From assembly GCF_009914755.1 (NCBI RefSeq), contig NC_060940.1: 64,000 nucleotides of DNA. One strand, given 5' to 3'. The notes under the pieces were generated by a model. It did no database searches, was not told the DNA's origin, and saw only the letters and a program-made list of their open reading frames with translations. Source of the stretch: the human T2T-CHM13v2.0 reference genome, Homo sapiens. How positions within the stretch are numbered: position 1 is the stretch's first letter; the number at the start of each line of letters is the position of its first letter. Shown here piece by piece: positions 30,196 to 46,597 of this stretch. The position numbers and the translations under genes were made by a program.

Positions 30196-31274
30196 GACCT
30201 GAAGCCTCTCACTCCCTGAAGGAACCTCTACCATAAAACATGGTGAACCATTGTGAGAGGTTGCCATTCTGAAACAGGAATAGTGTAAAGCCTCAAAATG
30301 GAGCTTTGACTAATGTGAGCACTTTACATAAAGATGTTGCAAAAAATGGTGGATATGAGAAATAGTAAAAATATCCCACAGTCAGGTATCACTGAAAGAC
30401 TGGGAGAACAGATATGCATTGACAGTATGAGCAAAGCAAAGGCCTGCTGTGACTGTAAAACAATGTCAGAATGACCCTTGTACCAAGAAAAACATACTCC
30501 TGCATTATTAGTATATGATAATTGAAAAGAAAAACTACAAATGGTCAACATGTAGTCAAGACAGGAAATAGAGAACTGAGCATTAATCAGGAAAAATATT
30601 ACCATATCAATGATTTCTTTATCTTTTTTAGCAAAGCAAAACTGTCAGTTAAAATTCTCTATGGTAGTCCATTGAAATGGGTGGCAATGTCCTGGCAGAT
30701 TGTGTTGAGTAGCGGTGGGTAGAAGAAAAAGTGGAAGATGTGAATTCCTGCATACTGGACCTCCCACTTATCCTTCTAAGGTTACCTCCCAGCCCCAAAC
30801 AATTCATTTTAAAACAATATTCTATGATAAGAAAAATATATGGAATAATCAGCATTGACTATTCATCATAAACAGCCCTAAGAAAAAATCAAGGTAGGAA
30901 GCATATCTTGAAGGTCCCTCCATAATGTATTTGTATACTCTTCTTTTTCCCCCATGATTCATAACTGTGAGGATGCTTACAGGCTTCCCAAGTTCACCAA
31001 TATGTTTCCTATACACCTGCTCACTCCAGAAGCCAGATGTCATGAAGCTGATCTTTACTAATAGCTTTCCATTCAATTGATGCTTACTTGGTAGCTACTT
31101 GTGGCAAGGTAATACACTCAACATCATGGAAGGAAAATATAAGTACCAGACACTATGTAATTCACTCTATGAGACCTGTGGCCAACCCTACTACTTTTTA
31201 CTGCCCTCTGTCGCCTCTACAGGAGGAAGGATATTCTTTACTAATAATCATAACACCTATTTAGTGAGAATCTA

Positions 31275-32740
<1,466 letters not shown>

Positions 32741-34172
32741 TTTTTTAAATGGTAGTCTTTAAATAAAGCGGTTCTTAAACCTTCTATCAGGACCTTCTAA
32801 GTAGCAAACTTTGAAGTCTTTATTTTAATAATGCTAATCAATGCTAACACACTTTTTCCTAATTTCATTCTGAGGCAGAAATGACTCACTGCTGTGTAGT
32901 TTCACTTTAGAGTTAAGAAAACATGGTCTAGTTTTTTCCTTTTGAGTCACTGAAATGGCTTTTTAGCTTCTTACAAAACATCAAACTTTCCATTTTAGAA
33001 AGAAAAAAGATAATATAATTGGGAACATTCAAAACAATGGTTCTCAAGTCCTGATATAAATGTAAGAATTTCAAAAGGCTTTGTGCTTGAGAATCATCAT
33101 TGGAGCATTTGAAGGGATTGGAACTCATCTGGTGAGCCATCTGTCTGGTTAGCAATACCCAGTCTTCATTTAGAGTCATCCTTGATCATTGACATGCTCT
33201 TGAAACATAACATCTTTTAATCATGCATTTATTCAACATATATTTGATGTGTGCTTGGTCTGTTACAGGGTACTGTATTAAGAAACTAAAGATATGATTA
33301 TGAATTAGATCAGTGCTAGAATCCCTTCTCTCTGTCCCTCTCTTTAGCCTATTCTATTTCCCTCTCACATATATTTCAATTTCCATAGATATCCTGTTGT
33401 CACATGGCAGTATTGTTTAGCCACTGACATCCCTCCTGTGTTTCCACGTTTTGTTTCCAGATCAAATAAGGTGTTGAGATTTTCTTTCCATTAAAGATCT
33501 GAGGAAATAAAGATAAGAGATTTACTCCAAAAAGTTAAAATTATGATAGAGCAAGTGCTGTTACATTTTAAGGGGTCACTTGGTGGCTAAATACATAACA
33601 CAATAATATGCATGATGACTGGTTTCAACAGATCACACATGTATACAAATAGAAGTTTTCTAAGATACGTTTTTTCTTTTACTAAATATTACTTATCATA
33701 GGGTAATTTTATTTGACTTGCAATTTCTAATGTAAAACAACAAATGTGAAGGCTCCAGAAAGCAATGAACTGAGGTTCTGTTGTGTACTAAGTTTGAGGT
33801 TGTGATATTTAATAATTTTTAGACATATGTCTTATCACACCTGTATACATAAGATGATGCATTTATGCATGGTTCAAAGTACGTATGAGCTTCCCTTAAA
33901 TTCTCTTCTGATATTGCTATACAAACTTTACAAAGTTTAAAAAAGAAGTAGTTACAGTCCTTAGAAATAATAAAGAAGTCGTTACCATTCTTAGAAATAG
34001 TATTTCCTCGGTTTCCTTGGCTTTATATGATACAAAACTTTTCCCCAGCTTTTGTTGTTGTTTGTATGTTTGATTCTATGTAAACTAAGTTCTCCTTATG
34101 GCCATTCTGATATCTTGCTGGTGTTTTGTAGGGTTGCTATGACTACAGAACTTGTGGGGGGTTTTGGGATTT

Positions 34173-34414
34173 AAACAATGAGAACACATGGACACAGAGA
34201 GGGGAGCATCACACACCAGGGCCTGTTGGGGGTCGGGGGGCAAGGGGAAGGAGACCATTAGGACAAATATCTAATGCATGTGGAGCTTAAAACCTAGATG
34301 ACGGGTTGATAGGTGCAGCAAACCGTCACGGAACATGTATACCTATGTAACAAACCTGCACGTTCTGCACATGTGTCCCAGAACTTAAAGTAAAAAAAAA
34401 AAAAAAAAAAAAAA
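34173..34414 (+). mobile_element. L1PA (L1PA7-like) 3'UTR fragment with poly(A)
   Basis: aacaatgagaacacatggacacag...cttaaaacctagatgacgggttgataggtgcagcaaacc...cccagaacttaaagta(A)n. Confidence 0.9.
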
Positions 34415-34919
34415 CTGGGAAGTTGTTTTCTTCAAAATACCTGTTTACGTTTTGCTGCTTTTTCTTTACTTTTAGTGCATACTAAAATTTTCTGTTGATC
34501 CTAAAGTAAATATACATAATTTGATTTAATTCATCATTTCTGGCATTTGGAATGTAATAAACTGTGGATAAAATTGTGTCATAATATTAAGAGTTATTAG
34601 AATTGTCGAACTTCAAAATCTAGAATGTCATATATTTTAGGGCCTCTGAGGAAAACAGATGACTATTTCACTGTCCCTGAATAAGCTTTTGAATATTAAC
34701 TACAAATCACCAAGAGTTTTAAAGAGTTGAGAAACTTGCTGATGTTTGTTTCTTTACATTATTCCTAATAACATTATTTTCTTATCTGTGCAAATGGTCT
34801 CCAACGATGCTGAAAACAACCCTACATATTTAAAGACATGGTTACATTTTAAAAAGAAACCTAGTGCTCTAAAATTACAGACCAATTTGAAAATAGAATA
34901 AAGCCAGTGAGAGGAGACG

Positions 34920-35345
34920 TAACAAAATCAAGCACTAGGCATACAGTTATTTGCACAACTTGTGTCTAAGTGGCTCCAAAGGAAAAATCCATGACACCGA
35001 CTGTACGCTAAGGAGCTAGACCTCAGCAGCGAAGTCAGGGGAGTGGTTCTGAACATGCACCGTTGAACTGAGATCTCACAGGTGAGGAACAGGTAAAAAA
35101 AGAAGGGAAAGATGTTCCCGGCAGAAGGAATAGTTTGTGTAAAGCTTTTTGGCAGAGACATACTAAGTCAATGATAACTGACAAAATTCCAGGCTTTTTG
35201 AAGCAGAGAGAACAGAGGATGTGAAAAACAAAGTGAGGAGGAAAGTATATGTAGGATCCAAAGTCTGATTTTCCTGTGGGCGCTGGCAAAGAGGGTTGTA
35301 TTCCTTCTGAGACTAATGGCCACATGGAAGGGCTCTAATCATGTA
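34920..35345 (-). mobile_element. L2 remnant
   Basis: gaagtcaggggagtggttctg...gaactgagatctc...gggaaagatgttcccggcagaaggaatagtttgtgtaaag. More L2-like text at about 36100-36480. Confidence 0.6.
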
Positions 35346-35461
35346 GCTGCTGTGATCATTGCTTGCAAAAAAAAAAAAAAAAAAATTCTGAGTCAAAAAA
35401 ATTATAAGAGTAAAAGAGAAACAATTGGAGAAATTTAAATAGTTAACAAATACTGGTATTA

Positions 35462-35893
35462 CAGTGGTTCCCCCTCATTCCATTTAACATGGTTTCAGTT
35501 ATTCGCAGTAATAGCATCTGAAAATAGGTGAGTACGGTAAAATAAGATGTTTTCAGAGAAGGAGACCACATTCACATAATTTTTATTACAATATATTGTT
35601 ATAGTTGTTCTAATGTTACTCTCGTACTGTGACTAATTTACAAATTATACTTTATCATACGTATATATGTCTGGAAAAAAGCCTACATATATAATATAGA
35701 ACATATATATATAACATATAACATATATATAACATATAACATATATATAATACATAACATATAATATATAATATATAACATATATATATAGAGAGAGAGA
35801 GCGAGAGAGAGAACGCATTTGATACTATCTGCCGTTTCAGGCGTCTACTGAATATCTTGTAACATATCACCCATGGATAAGGGGGGACTGCTA
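35462..35893 (+). mobile_element. MER44A-like TcMar-Tigger element with an internal TA-rich microsatellite expansion
   Basis: Termini cagtggttccccctcat...atggataaggggggactgct, with (atataac)n/(ag)n at about 35685-35811. Confidence 0.8.
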
Positions 35894-36949
35894 TATTATT
35901 AAGGAATTAGTTTTCGTATTTAAGTTGTGACAATAAAATTGCAGATATGTTTTCTAGAAGATTTTTTCATAAGTATATAGAAATATTTAGAGGTGAAATA
36001 ATATACACATTGGAATGTTTTAAAAATAATAGAGCAGGCAGTGTGGGGGTACAAATAAATCAAGACTGGCCGTGAATTAATAATTGTTGAAGCTATACTA
36101 GAATGCTGATGGAGATGAAGATAAATGAGAAAGATTAAGGGCTTTTCAGGAGATAAGAGTGGCAGACATTGGTGATGGGGGGTATGAAGGTTACCAGGAG
36201 ATGGAAGCATCAAGGTTGACTCCTGTTTCCAGGCTGCATACCTGAGTGAACAGGGATGTCATTCACTGAGAGAGGAAACACATGCAAGGACAAGGTTTTA
36301 TGGTAGAGATTAGGAAAAAGGATGGGGCCCAAGAGCATGGTTTTCATTCTAGACCTGTTGAAATTGGAATGTCTTTGAGATGTCAAAGAGAAGATACTGA
36401 GTAAATGGCTGAATATATGTATCTGGGGCTCACAGAAAAGGTCTGGACAGCATGTAAGATGGTATTAAGCCACAATGATGGAGTGGATCTAGGGAGAAAC
36501 TCAAAGAAGCTTATGTCAGTCAAATTATCCATGCCTCTCTGGGCTGAAGACAGCAAAAATGACCGAATATACAAAGAACAGGAAAACCACTATTGAGTCA
36601 AATAATTCTGGTCCTTTATAAAAAGTCCACTTTCCAGAGTTATTGAGAATGGACTACGATTAACTCATTTGAGTTTTCTACATTTTCTTTCTCTGATGGT
36701 ATCAATGATGTAAGAAAATAAGCAAAGAGAAGAATAGAAAACAGCTACTGAATAATTAAAATTTTACATAAATATGCAAAATGGTGAAGTATGTCCAAAA
36801 GTTTTTGAGATTGGCTTATGTTAAACAGAAGAAAATAAGTAAAATTAACAATAATAGCAAAATTAAGCTCATTATTTTAATAGTATTCTATGTTTATCAA
36901 AGAACTTTTAAAATTAGAGTTTCATTCAAGGCTAATAACCACATTTTTG

Positions 36950-37110
36950 ATAGATAATTCAATACTATTTATATTTCACAGAGACAGAAATCCAGATATA
37001 GAGATTTGCAAGATTGGCTCTTTAACGTCATATTCCCAGTTAGATAATGAGCCAGAATTAGAACTAAGAACCTTGTTGTGTCTTGTTTGAGTCTTTTCCC
37101 ATGATCATTA
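36950..37110 (-). mobile_element. MIR remnant
   Basis: atatttcacagagacagaaatccagatatagaga...agataatgagccagaattagaactaaga. Confidence 0.55.
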
Positions 37111-37126
37111 TTTCATACAATTCATC

Positions 37127-37538
37127 TCTAATGGGTTGAATAATGTCTTCCCCAAATTCACATCTACTTAGAACCTCAGAATGATTTGGAAATAGGGTAT
37201 TTGCAGACTTCATTAGTTAAGGATTGAGATGAAGTCAACTTGGATTAGGATGGGCTCTGAATCCAACGAGGATTCTTATAAGAGGCAGAAAAGGACGCAG
37301 AGAAGCACTAAGAAGGCAATGGGAAGATAGAGGCAGAGACTCAAGTGATATGTCTATAAACAAAGGAACACTAAGGATTACCTACAACCACCAGAAGCTA
37401 GGAAGCCCAGAAAGCAACAGCCACTCTTATACCTTGATTTCAGACATCACATCTCCAGAACGGTGAAAAAATACATTTCTGTTGTTTTAAGCCATGCAGT
37501 TTGTAGTTCTGTTACAAGAGCCCTAGGAAACCAATGCA
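37127..37538 (+). mobile_element. MLT1B/C MaLR solo LTR
   Basis: aatgggttgaataatgtcttcccaaattcac...tttggaaatagggtatttgcaga...ttctgttgttttaagcca...gccctaggaaaccaatgca. Confidence 0.88.
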
Positions 37539-38059
37539 CCATCTTATATAAGGGAATTTTTATTTACTAATAAAAATTTCTTCATGAAGCCAAATATTTT
37601 ACTCAAGTGTCTCTTCAAATATGTAATGTAGATTTTTCTGTGGGGAATCTGAAGGTTGTGGGAATTCAGAATCATGGTTAGTGGTTAGATTAAATCATGA
37701 GTTTCCATTTTCAGTTGCAAATGATATGAATGTTATGCTTGCTTTTATTTGACATATAGGGATTCCTTCTAAATTTATCTCTAGACTTCAATTTGTTTTC
37801 TTATATTCTTATCCAAATGTCCTTCCTTTGTCAAAATTATTATAAAATCACTAGGTACAAGGATCATGTTTGTAAACGTTTAGGTAATTACCTGTTAAAT
37901 TGAACAATTGAGTTGTCATTCACTGACTTTGCACCAAAACAAACCTCTGAAGTGATTTGTATTGTTCCACTGATCTCTAATTTTTGAGCCTTATATAATA
38001 AAATCAGGAAGAAAAACCTTTCTATAGCTAAGAAAAAAATACCTTATTTAAATTTTTAA

Positions 38060-38359
<300 letters not shown>

Positions 38360-38747
38360 AAAATTTTTTAAGTATCACAAATCCAGTGCAAATTGCTGTC
38401 AAGGTACATTACTTCATGGCTTAAATGTTTTATTTTTCAGATTGAGTTTGCCTTTTTGCTTGTCAATCATGTAGCTACTATACTATGTAGGATGGAATTT
38501 GTCCCTAGTAACTTTCTAATCTTTTTATCTAGCTTCACCAAACTCACCCATCCCTTCTTTTTTATTTAAAATAATATCAAGATTTACTTTTTTCTGAAAA
38601 CCACTTTTAGCAAAAATTGAGGATGTATCTCTCCAGAGACATAATTAAAAATAGATTATGGTCTAACTTCACTATTTCAAATCCGTTCATTTGTATAGCA
38701 CTTAAATGCCATCCCCTTCCTTCTTGACCACTTCATTGTGCTTGTGG

Positions 38748-39265
38748 TGGAGAGACTGAAGGAACACACAAATGGACAATGGCCAGAAGATATATAAAAT
38801 TAGAACTTTGAGCCACAACGTGCCGCACCTACAATCTGCACAACTCCCAACTCTGAGCCATAATCTACAGCAACTACCAACCCACTTTAGGCAATAACCA
38901 GTTTAGGAAGGCAAACAACAACCCCATAACACTTGCCCCCAAAAAGCCAGGACTTGATTAATAACTGACAGATTATCTAATTTTTGACCCAGCTTCCCAC
39001 TTAATGCCAATGGGAGTGCAATGAGAGAATGCACCCTTACCAATCACACAGGATGCCCCACTGTGGTTAGCCGGCTTATAGCTTACCCACGCCAACAGCC
39101 TCCCATCAGGACATAGCCAACGCCTTGTCTTTTTTCCATTACAAAAATTTCCTTCACCTGCTTTTGAATCTCTACCAGTTGCAAATAATGGTGGCTGACT
39201 CCCTTAGAGCACGCTCTAAATTACTATCCTTTGCTTGTTTTCATTTGGGTAGTGTTCACTGGCAA
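38748..39265 (+). mobile_element. ERVL-type solo LTR (MER74/MER73/MER54-like)
   Basis: aaatggacaatggccag..atataaaattagaactttgagccacaac, gccaggacttgattaataactgacag, ggtggctgactccctt. Subfamily uncertain. Confidence 0.6.
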
Positions 39266-39541
39266 TAAGAACCAGTGATTTCTAGTTGACTGAAACTCAT
39301 AAAGGAGATTTCAGTATAACTGTACCATAAGCAGAAACATAGATTCTGCTATTGCTGTTTTCAGTGGCTGATTCTTCTCTGTAACTTAGGTTTTACAATA
39401 TTTCGTCCCGTTTTTCAACATATGTTCTCTGTACTCATAATCCAACTTTGTAAATACCTGTACAGTGGCAACTGGATTCCTCTAATCTGTTATTTAAAAC
39501 CAGTGTTATTTTCAGGTCATCTCCTATGCTGCTTGCTTGTA

Positions 39542-39872
39542 CAGTCATGCACCACATAATAATGTGTCAGTCAACAGTGGACTGCATATACGATGGGGAT
39601 CTCATAAGCTTATGACACTGTATTTTGATGTACCCTCAAATACCCTTGTATTGCAGTACACCATGCCTTACAATTGCCTACAGTAGTCAGTACAGCAACA
39701 TGCTGTACAGGTTTGTAGCCTAGGAGTAGAGGGCTATACCATATACTCTAGGTTTGTAGTAGGCTATCCTCTACATTTGTGTAAGTACACTCTATGATGT
39801 TCATACAATGACAAAATTACCTAATGACACATTTCTCAGGACATACCCCTATTTCTAAGTGACACATGACTG
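39542..39872 (+). mobile_element. Tigger3a (Golem/MER7) DNA transposon
   Basis: TIRs cagtcatg...catgactg flanked by TA on both sides, internal acatgctgtacaggtttgtagcctaggag. Confidence 0.9.
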
Positions 39873-40189
39873 TATTTTTATTTCTGTTCTTCCATGTGAA
39901 TTCCAACTCATAAATACCAATGTGCTATGAACTGAAATGTACTCACATACAGTTTCTTATTTTCACTTTCTGCCACATTCACAAGGAAAACTAAGAAGTT
40001 GTTTCCCAGTGATTCTCTGTTGTCTCTGCCCAGATGATTTAAAATATGCAGATTAAGGCTTAAAGTTTCTTAATTTAAAGAAATGCGTCTTCTCAAAAAA
40101 ATTAACACACAATTTCAGGGAAAAAAGAAGGTGGGGGCAAGAAGAGCAGCAAGGAGTACTAGGAAGCAAAGACAAAGTGGTGCATAACT

Positions 40190-40650
40190 GAGAGGCAGCT
40201 AGTCATCAGCCACACAGGGCATCTCTGTGCTGTCTGTACAGCAACTCCCTACCTCAGATCAACGTATCAGAGGACAGAGAGGACAATGTATTCTCCAGCT
40301 CTCTCTCATCTCCTGTCTTTCAATGGTCAAAGTTTGCCCCACTGGGAGTGAGTCCCTCCCCGTTTCCAACATGGGTCACTTGAGCCTTTCAGGTACCCAC
40401 TGGTGAAGCCGTAGGGCACTCCTGTGGCATGGCACTCCATGCTGCCCAGAAATGGTGGGAAGAGTCACAGTCTCAGTGAGTCTATCAGGTGAAAACTTCC
40501 TGCTGGACCTTCTGTGTCTCCCATCCAGTGATAAAAAAAAAAGAGTCCTTTCCAGAAGCCAGCCCTCCTCTGGGGGAGAACAAAGTAGCTTGTGTTGCTA
40601 TTAGACAATGTGTCTGTGGCCGTGGTTTGGAGGTTGCTATAAAAGCTGAG
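40190..40650. mobile_element. Ancient LTR-like remnant (family not identified)
   Basis: GC-richer block with old ERVL-LTR-like text (ggtcaaagtttgccccactgggagtgagtccctcccc). Confidence 0.3.
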
Positions 40651-41817
40651 ACTTTCCATGAATAAGTCAGTAGCCCATGACAGAGTGAGGCCAGGAGAAA
40701 TGTGACCTATGCAAGTTTAACATGGGAAAAGAGATAAATGAAAGTCAACAAAATAAAGCATCTTGAAAAAAATTAAATTCCTGCAAAAGGAGAAATAGAA
40801 AGCTGTATATCCCAGAATTTATGTTATTGGAATAAGTAGCCACCTGCCCTCCCAACAGAATGAATAAAATAAAAATCATAATATTTAATAATGTTACCCC
40901 CTAAACCATTTGTCTTCAGCTGGTGTGAATATAGAGAAACAGTGAAAATTAGATTAATCTACCCCCTGAGATTGAGGATTTTAGTTAAGCTGACCAGACT
41001 AAGACAAAATAGAGAGAAAACATAAAACATATTTTATGTCTGAAAGTAGTTATTTTGAGAGAAAAGATCAATATTGTGTTTGATGTATAAATATATACCT
41101 ACACACGACAAGGAAAAAGCATTAATTCAAGGAAAATCCGTACTAAATGTGATGCCACAATGTTTTTAGCTGTTACCATTTCACTGGGAAAAGAAATGCT
41201 AGTTTGAATAAGAAATACTAATTGCATGAGAAAATACCGATAACATTATTTTAATTAACATGTATTTGTGTTATTAGAACCTAGAAAATTTTGATTCAGA
41301 AATGATTATAAGGCATTTCTATGTGTCAATCTTTGGGTTATGAATGAGTCGGGTCCTAAGGGCACACATGGTCTTGGAAGATGGTAATAGTCAAAAGTGA
41401 TCCTGAAGCATGCTAATATGAGAAAAAGCTCATGCATGTGGGATAGGCAAACATTTGGATATCAGGTTACTTTTCCCTCTGTGTTTCTATAATCCCCATG
41501 GCATGTAGCACAGCAATGAGTTCATTGTTCAGTAAAGTTTCAAATATGAAAGGATACTCCTGCAACCTGTCCTCCTCCCTGACTGACCAGATAGGACCTC
41601 TTTTCCTCTTGCCCCTCAGGGGTTGCCTTCTCCAAATGACATCATTTATTGTAAATGATATACATTTACAATACAAAATGTTTTACATTTATATGTAAAA
41701 CACATCTGTCAGTACTGATGAAATAAATGAATGAATACATATTTCATTGATTGACCTAATATGTGACATGATACAATGGAAATCACAAAGGACTTGGAAT
41801 TAAGAATTGTGGCTTAT

Positions 41818-42143
<326 letters not shown>

Positions 42144-42568
42144 TTACAATACTAAGTAAGAGACTTTCAGCCATGTGATGTTGGGAAAGGAATTTTACCG
42201 CTGTAGTCATCAGTTTCCTCACTGAAACAAGGGAATTCTAATATCTGCTGTGTTAATACTAATATCTGCTCTATTGCTATAGGACCAATTGCTGCGACAG
42301 AAACCCAAAATAAGAGTAGCAGAGCAAGGCAAAAATTTATTTCCTCTATTCCTGAAACAAGAGCTTGAGAAACCCATGCCCCTGATATGGAAGCTCTAGT
42401 GTTAGGAACTCATTGTTCTGCCAGTGCCATAGCCAGTGACGTAGCCGAGTCTGTCTGGGGTAGGTGGCCCATCATCACATTCTGCTGGATCTGCTGGATC
42501 CACATTCCAGCTGACAGAAGGGAAAAAAGGGGAGTGAAACAAGGACTTCTATCTTTTATGGGCATACT

Positions 42569-42900
42569 CAGCATTGTGTTAGAGCTGGCTTGTACTGGCT
42601 CATGAGGGCCGGTTGTTCAATTTTCAGGAATTGTGTGAGCTGTTAAACACAACCTTTATTAAAAATTAAATAAATTTACAATTATATTAAAAAGGAGGGC
42701 AACAGGTACTCAAAACTCAGCGCTTCCTAATTATATATCTTACTGCTATTTTTGTATGGTTATTTACTTCTATTGTGAGTATATAGAAACACAATATAAT
42801 GGCATACTACCGCACATCTCTTTGTGTCAGTGAAGAAATTTTATGTTGGTAGCTTCAGATCAGTTATGGTAGAAATCAGCAAACACTGTGATGTATTGTT
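42569..42900 (+). mobile_element. MER63 (hAT-Blackjack) fragment
   Basis: gagctggcttgtactggctcatgagggccggttgttcaattttcaggaattg...ttattaaaaattaaa...tactcaaaactca. Confidence 0.75.
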
Positions 42901-43189
42901 CTGTTAATTTTTCAACCCAGAGCTGGCAAACCAGATACAACTTATTTTGGTTTAATACTTGAACAAATAATTATTTTATTTTTACATTTTAAAGCATTGC
43001 TACAAGGGGGAGTAGAGAGAGAAGAAAGGGAGGGAAAGAAAAAGTAAGAAGGAGAGAGGGAAGGAAGGAAGGAAGTCCAGCCGGCCTTCATAAGTAGCTG
43101 CAATGACTGAAATATTTACTACCAGGCTCTTTATAAGAAATGTTTTCTAACTCTTAATGGAGAAAATACGAGTAGTGCAAATTAAACTG

Positions 43190-43532
43190 AAAAGCTTGCT
43201 TGCTGGCCAGTCCCACCCTCAGCTTCTAGAAGCTGCCTCATTCTTTGTCCTGTTCCCCCTCTAGCTTCAAGCCAACAAGGGAGAATTTCCTTTGTGTTGA
43301 GTCCCTCCCTTGCTTTGACTCTCGCCAGGAAAAGCCCAATCTCTTTTAAGGTTTCACGGGAATAGGTCAGGCACATGGAGGACAATCTTTCTTAGAGTCA
43401 GCTGTACCAAATGACATAACCTAATCATGAAGTGATATCCTATCATATCTATAGATCCCCCTCGGAATTGAAAGGATGGTTTATGACAGAGTTGGATCAC
43501 TGTGGGTCATCTTAGAATTCTTCCTGCTACAA
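43190..43532 (-). mobile_element. MLT1D/E-like LTR fragment
   Basis: cagcttctagaagctgcctcattc...ctcttttaagg...gggtcatcttagaattcttcctgctaca. Confidence 0.7.
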
Positions 43533-43927
43533 TGGGAATCGCAGTCTCTCCTACATCTTCCTCCTTCACAGTATCATTTTGAGAATTTGATGAGATCGTG
43601 GATAAATAAAAGCACTTCATTATAAGAGATGCTATACAGCCCAAAGTGTTACTGTGATTGAATTCTATTTCTCGAATTCATATATCTGAATTTTTGGTAA
43701 CAGTTCTTTTCCAATTCCTTGTTTGGAATCTGGGTTGAAGGTATATTTTCAACCCTGTTTTGGTTTTGAACTTCTTCCAAGTAACCCTGAAGAGCTTATT
43801 GAGTTCACCCTTAGGATGGGGTCTGAGAGCATGAGTAATACAAGAATTACTTCATGTTCTCTCTAGCAAGTTCATTGTTTACTGAATGATTATTATTATT
43901 ATTATTATTGGTATCCTGAATGCAAGA

Positions 43928-44080
43928 CTTTCTTTCCTTCCTTCCTTCCCTTTCTTCTTCCCTTCACTTACCTTTCTTCTTTCCTTCCCTTCACTTTCCT
44001 TCTCTCCTTCCCTTCACTTTCCTTTCTTCCTTCTCCCCCTCTGCCTCTTCCTCCTCCTCTTCCTTTCTCTCTCTCCTCTT
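43928..44080. repeat. CT-rich low-complexity tract, preceded by (ATT)n at about 43887-43908
   Basis: Seen directly. Confidence 0.9.
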
Positions 44081-45247
44081 TCAATTTCACAAATACACTT
44101 AGAAAAGTGCACAAAAAGCAAAGCCATTTGGAGTTCAGCAATGAAAAATTAGCATGTACCTTTAAGCAGTTTTGCGGCATTTTGTCTTTGGCCAGAAGCC
44201 AAAAGATAATTACAGTTTTTAAAAGTCATCTCTGTAATGTGCATCTGTTGCCCATGGTGTCCATTCATAAGCTATTCATAAATTTTGTAAGGAGGAAATG
44301 AGGAGGCAAATATAACAAATTCTTGCTCCTCACTGAGCCAAGCCTTTCAATGAGATGCTTTCATGTGACCATGCACGCTAGAATCTCTGATGGTTCTTTC
44401 AATGAAAAGAGTTACAACAGTAGATTTTAGTTCCTTTTTAAATGAAAGCAGTATTTCAAGTATTGATGGTTAACAAGAACTTACTTCAGGTGCAGAAATG
44501 AAATACCCAACAAGCTGTATTTCTCACAAGGTCTGCAGAAACACTTGAAACCCATGTGCATATAGATAATATAGAAAGAAAACCTAGCATCTGCCATTTC
44601 ATATGCCCAGGATGTCACCTCCGCCCTATCTTCTTAACAAGAATAATGCCCCTAGCTCTTAAGATAAAAAATACACTGGGGGAAAGAAATCTCAGCAATA
44701 TATAAAAACATAGAAGTCTTGTACCCATGAAAGTTGTACATTCTTACTTCTCTACTTCAAGAGCCCTCATAGGATGTCACAGTGGCAAAAGACCGCAGGT
44801 ACTCCCAGAATTCCCTGCTGCCTGAAATATAGTCAATATTTGACTGCCTGTTCACTGCAAACAATAGAGAAAAGTTATATAGGATAATTAAAGCCTCCAG
44901 GACAACAGAAAAGATTGAAATGATACAAACAAAAAAAAATAAAGGATCATTGCGTTCAGGAATTATAAACCTCTACACTTCCCACCAGCAGGCAGGCACC
45001 AACCTCTAAAACTCCTTTTCCTGATAGCAGTTGGACTGGGTAAGGAAATGGGGTCTTGTGTTTGACCCATTGTTGAATATGCAAGAAATGAGAAAAAAAG
45101 GAAGGAAGTAGGGGAGGGATGGCGAGAGGGAAGAAGAGAGGAAGGAAGGAAAAGTATCAAGTTATAGGACAATAATAATATCAAGTCAACATAAACTATA
45201 CCCTGTCTCTACTAACATGTTTACTATCCCCACTGTATTAGATAGCC

Positions 45248-45525
45248 TTTTGTTTTGTTTTGTTTTTCTGAGACAAGTGCTGGAGTGCAGTGGTGTGATC
45301 TTGGCTCACTGCAACCTCTGCCTCCCAGACTCAAGCAATCCTCCTACTTGGCCTCCTGAGTAGCTGGGACTGTAGGTGGTGGACACCACCGCACCCAGAT
45401 AATTTTTGTATTTTTTTTATAGAGATGGGGTTTTGCCATGTTGCACAGCTTCTGAGCTCAAGTGATCCACCCGCCTTGGTCTCCCAAAGTGTTGGTATTA
45501 CAGGTGGGAGTCACTGGACCTGGCC
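45248..45525 (-). mobile_element. AluJ
   Basis: Antisense diverged Alu with a (ttttg)n tail. TSD tagatagccttt / tagataggcttt. Confidence 0.92.
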
Positions 45526-46179
45526 TAGATAGGCTTTTGACTAAAAAATTATATTATCTCTCATGTTCGTTACTGGTGGTTGTGATTATTAGTTTTGTTT
45601 TAGCAAATCCACAAGAAAAATATCATGAACCTGTGATCTGGTGAGGAGAAAACTGGTAAATATTCACATGAGGCATAATCTCTCAGAAGCCTGGCCACCA
45701 GATAAGCCAGGCACTATAGGAACAGTGCTTCTGGCCTGGAGGACAGATTTACTTGCAGCATTTCCTCTGAGCCTGTAAAGCTGAGTGAATACCATTTACC
45801 AGCAGACCTTGTCACATCAGGAAGAAAAGCCCCTGAACCTGGAACTCTCGAAAATTGTTCTGCACTATATAGGTCACCATGAGAAGCAAGAGTTTCCCTT
45901 AACTACTAGAGACTATAAACATAATTTATAAATACACTCACTAATACAGGGAAAACTATAAAGTTTAGTTATTTCAGTGAAGGTTAGCTTGGATGCTCAG
46001 AAAAGGGTGCTCATAGAGCTGATAGCCTTGGTTACATTTCCATAGATTCCATGAAACATCACACAAAATATCTTACCACCTTAAGCCCCACAAGTAGTAA
46101 ACCCCTCATTCTCTGTGTAATGGATATTGTTTTGACAACTGTGTTTATTTGAATCCATAATTTGGCTCTCCCTAGTGTC

Positions 46180-46597
46180 ACCCGAGTGTTAGGTTTCTCA
46201 GATTCCCTTAACTCCAAAGGTTGAGGATTCAATTTGCTTTTTGCCAGTGGGATTCATTCCCAAGAGATTTTGAAAATGCTGATGACAGGTGCCGTAAAAT
46301 AATTCTTCCTTTGGTTCTGTTGAGTAAAGGCTAGCTGTAGCAGATAAGCGGTTTTGTCCCCTACAGGTTGTTACTGATTCACTTCAGTGACCATTAGCAG
46401 GGACTTCCTATGGTTTCCCTACCTGGGCAGCACCAAAACCTTCCTGACTCTCTGGACCAGAACTGTAGCGATAAGCCTGAAAACAAGCTTCAGTCTCTGA
46501 TGGCTTCCACAGTCGTTCCGACAATTGTTAACATAAAATTCCCTAAGTAAATACCTTTCAGTTGAAAATACCTAAAGTTGGTATTGCTGAGTGATAC
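46180..46597 (+). mobile_element. Ancient ERVL-type LTR remnant
   Basis: 3' end aaattccctaagtaaatacctttcagttgaaaatacctaaagttgg...gagtgatac resembles old ERVL LTR termini. Confidence 0.4.
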
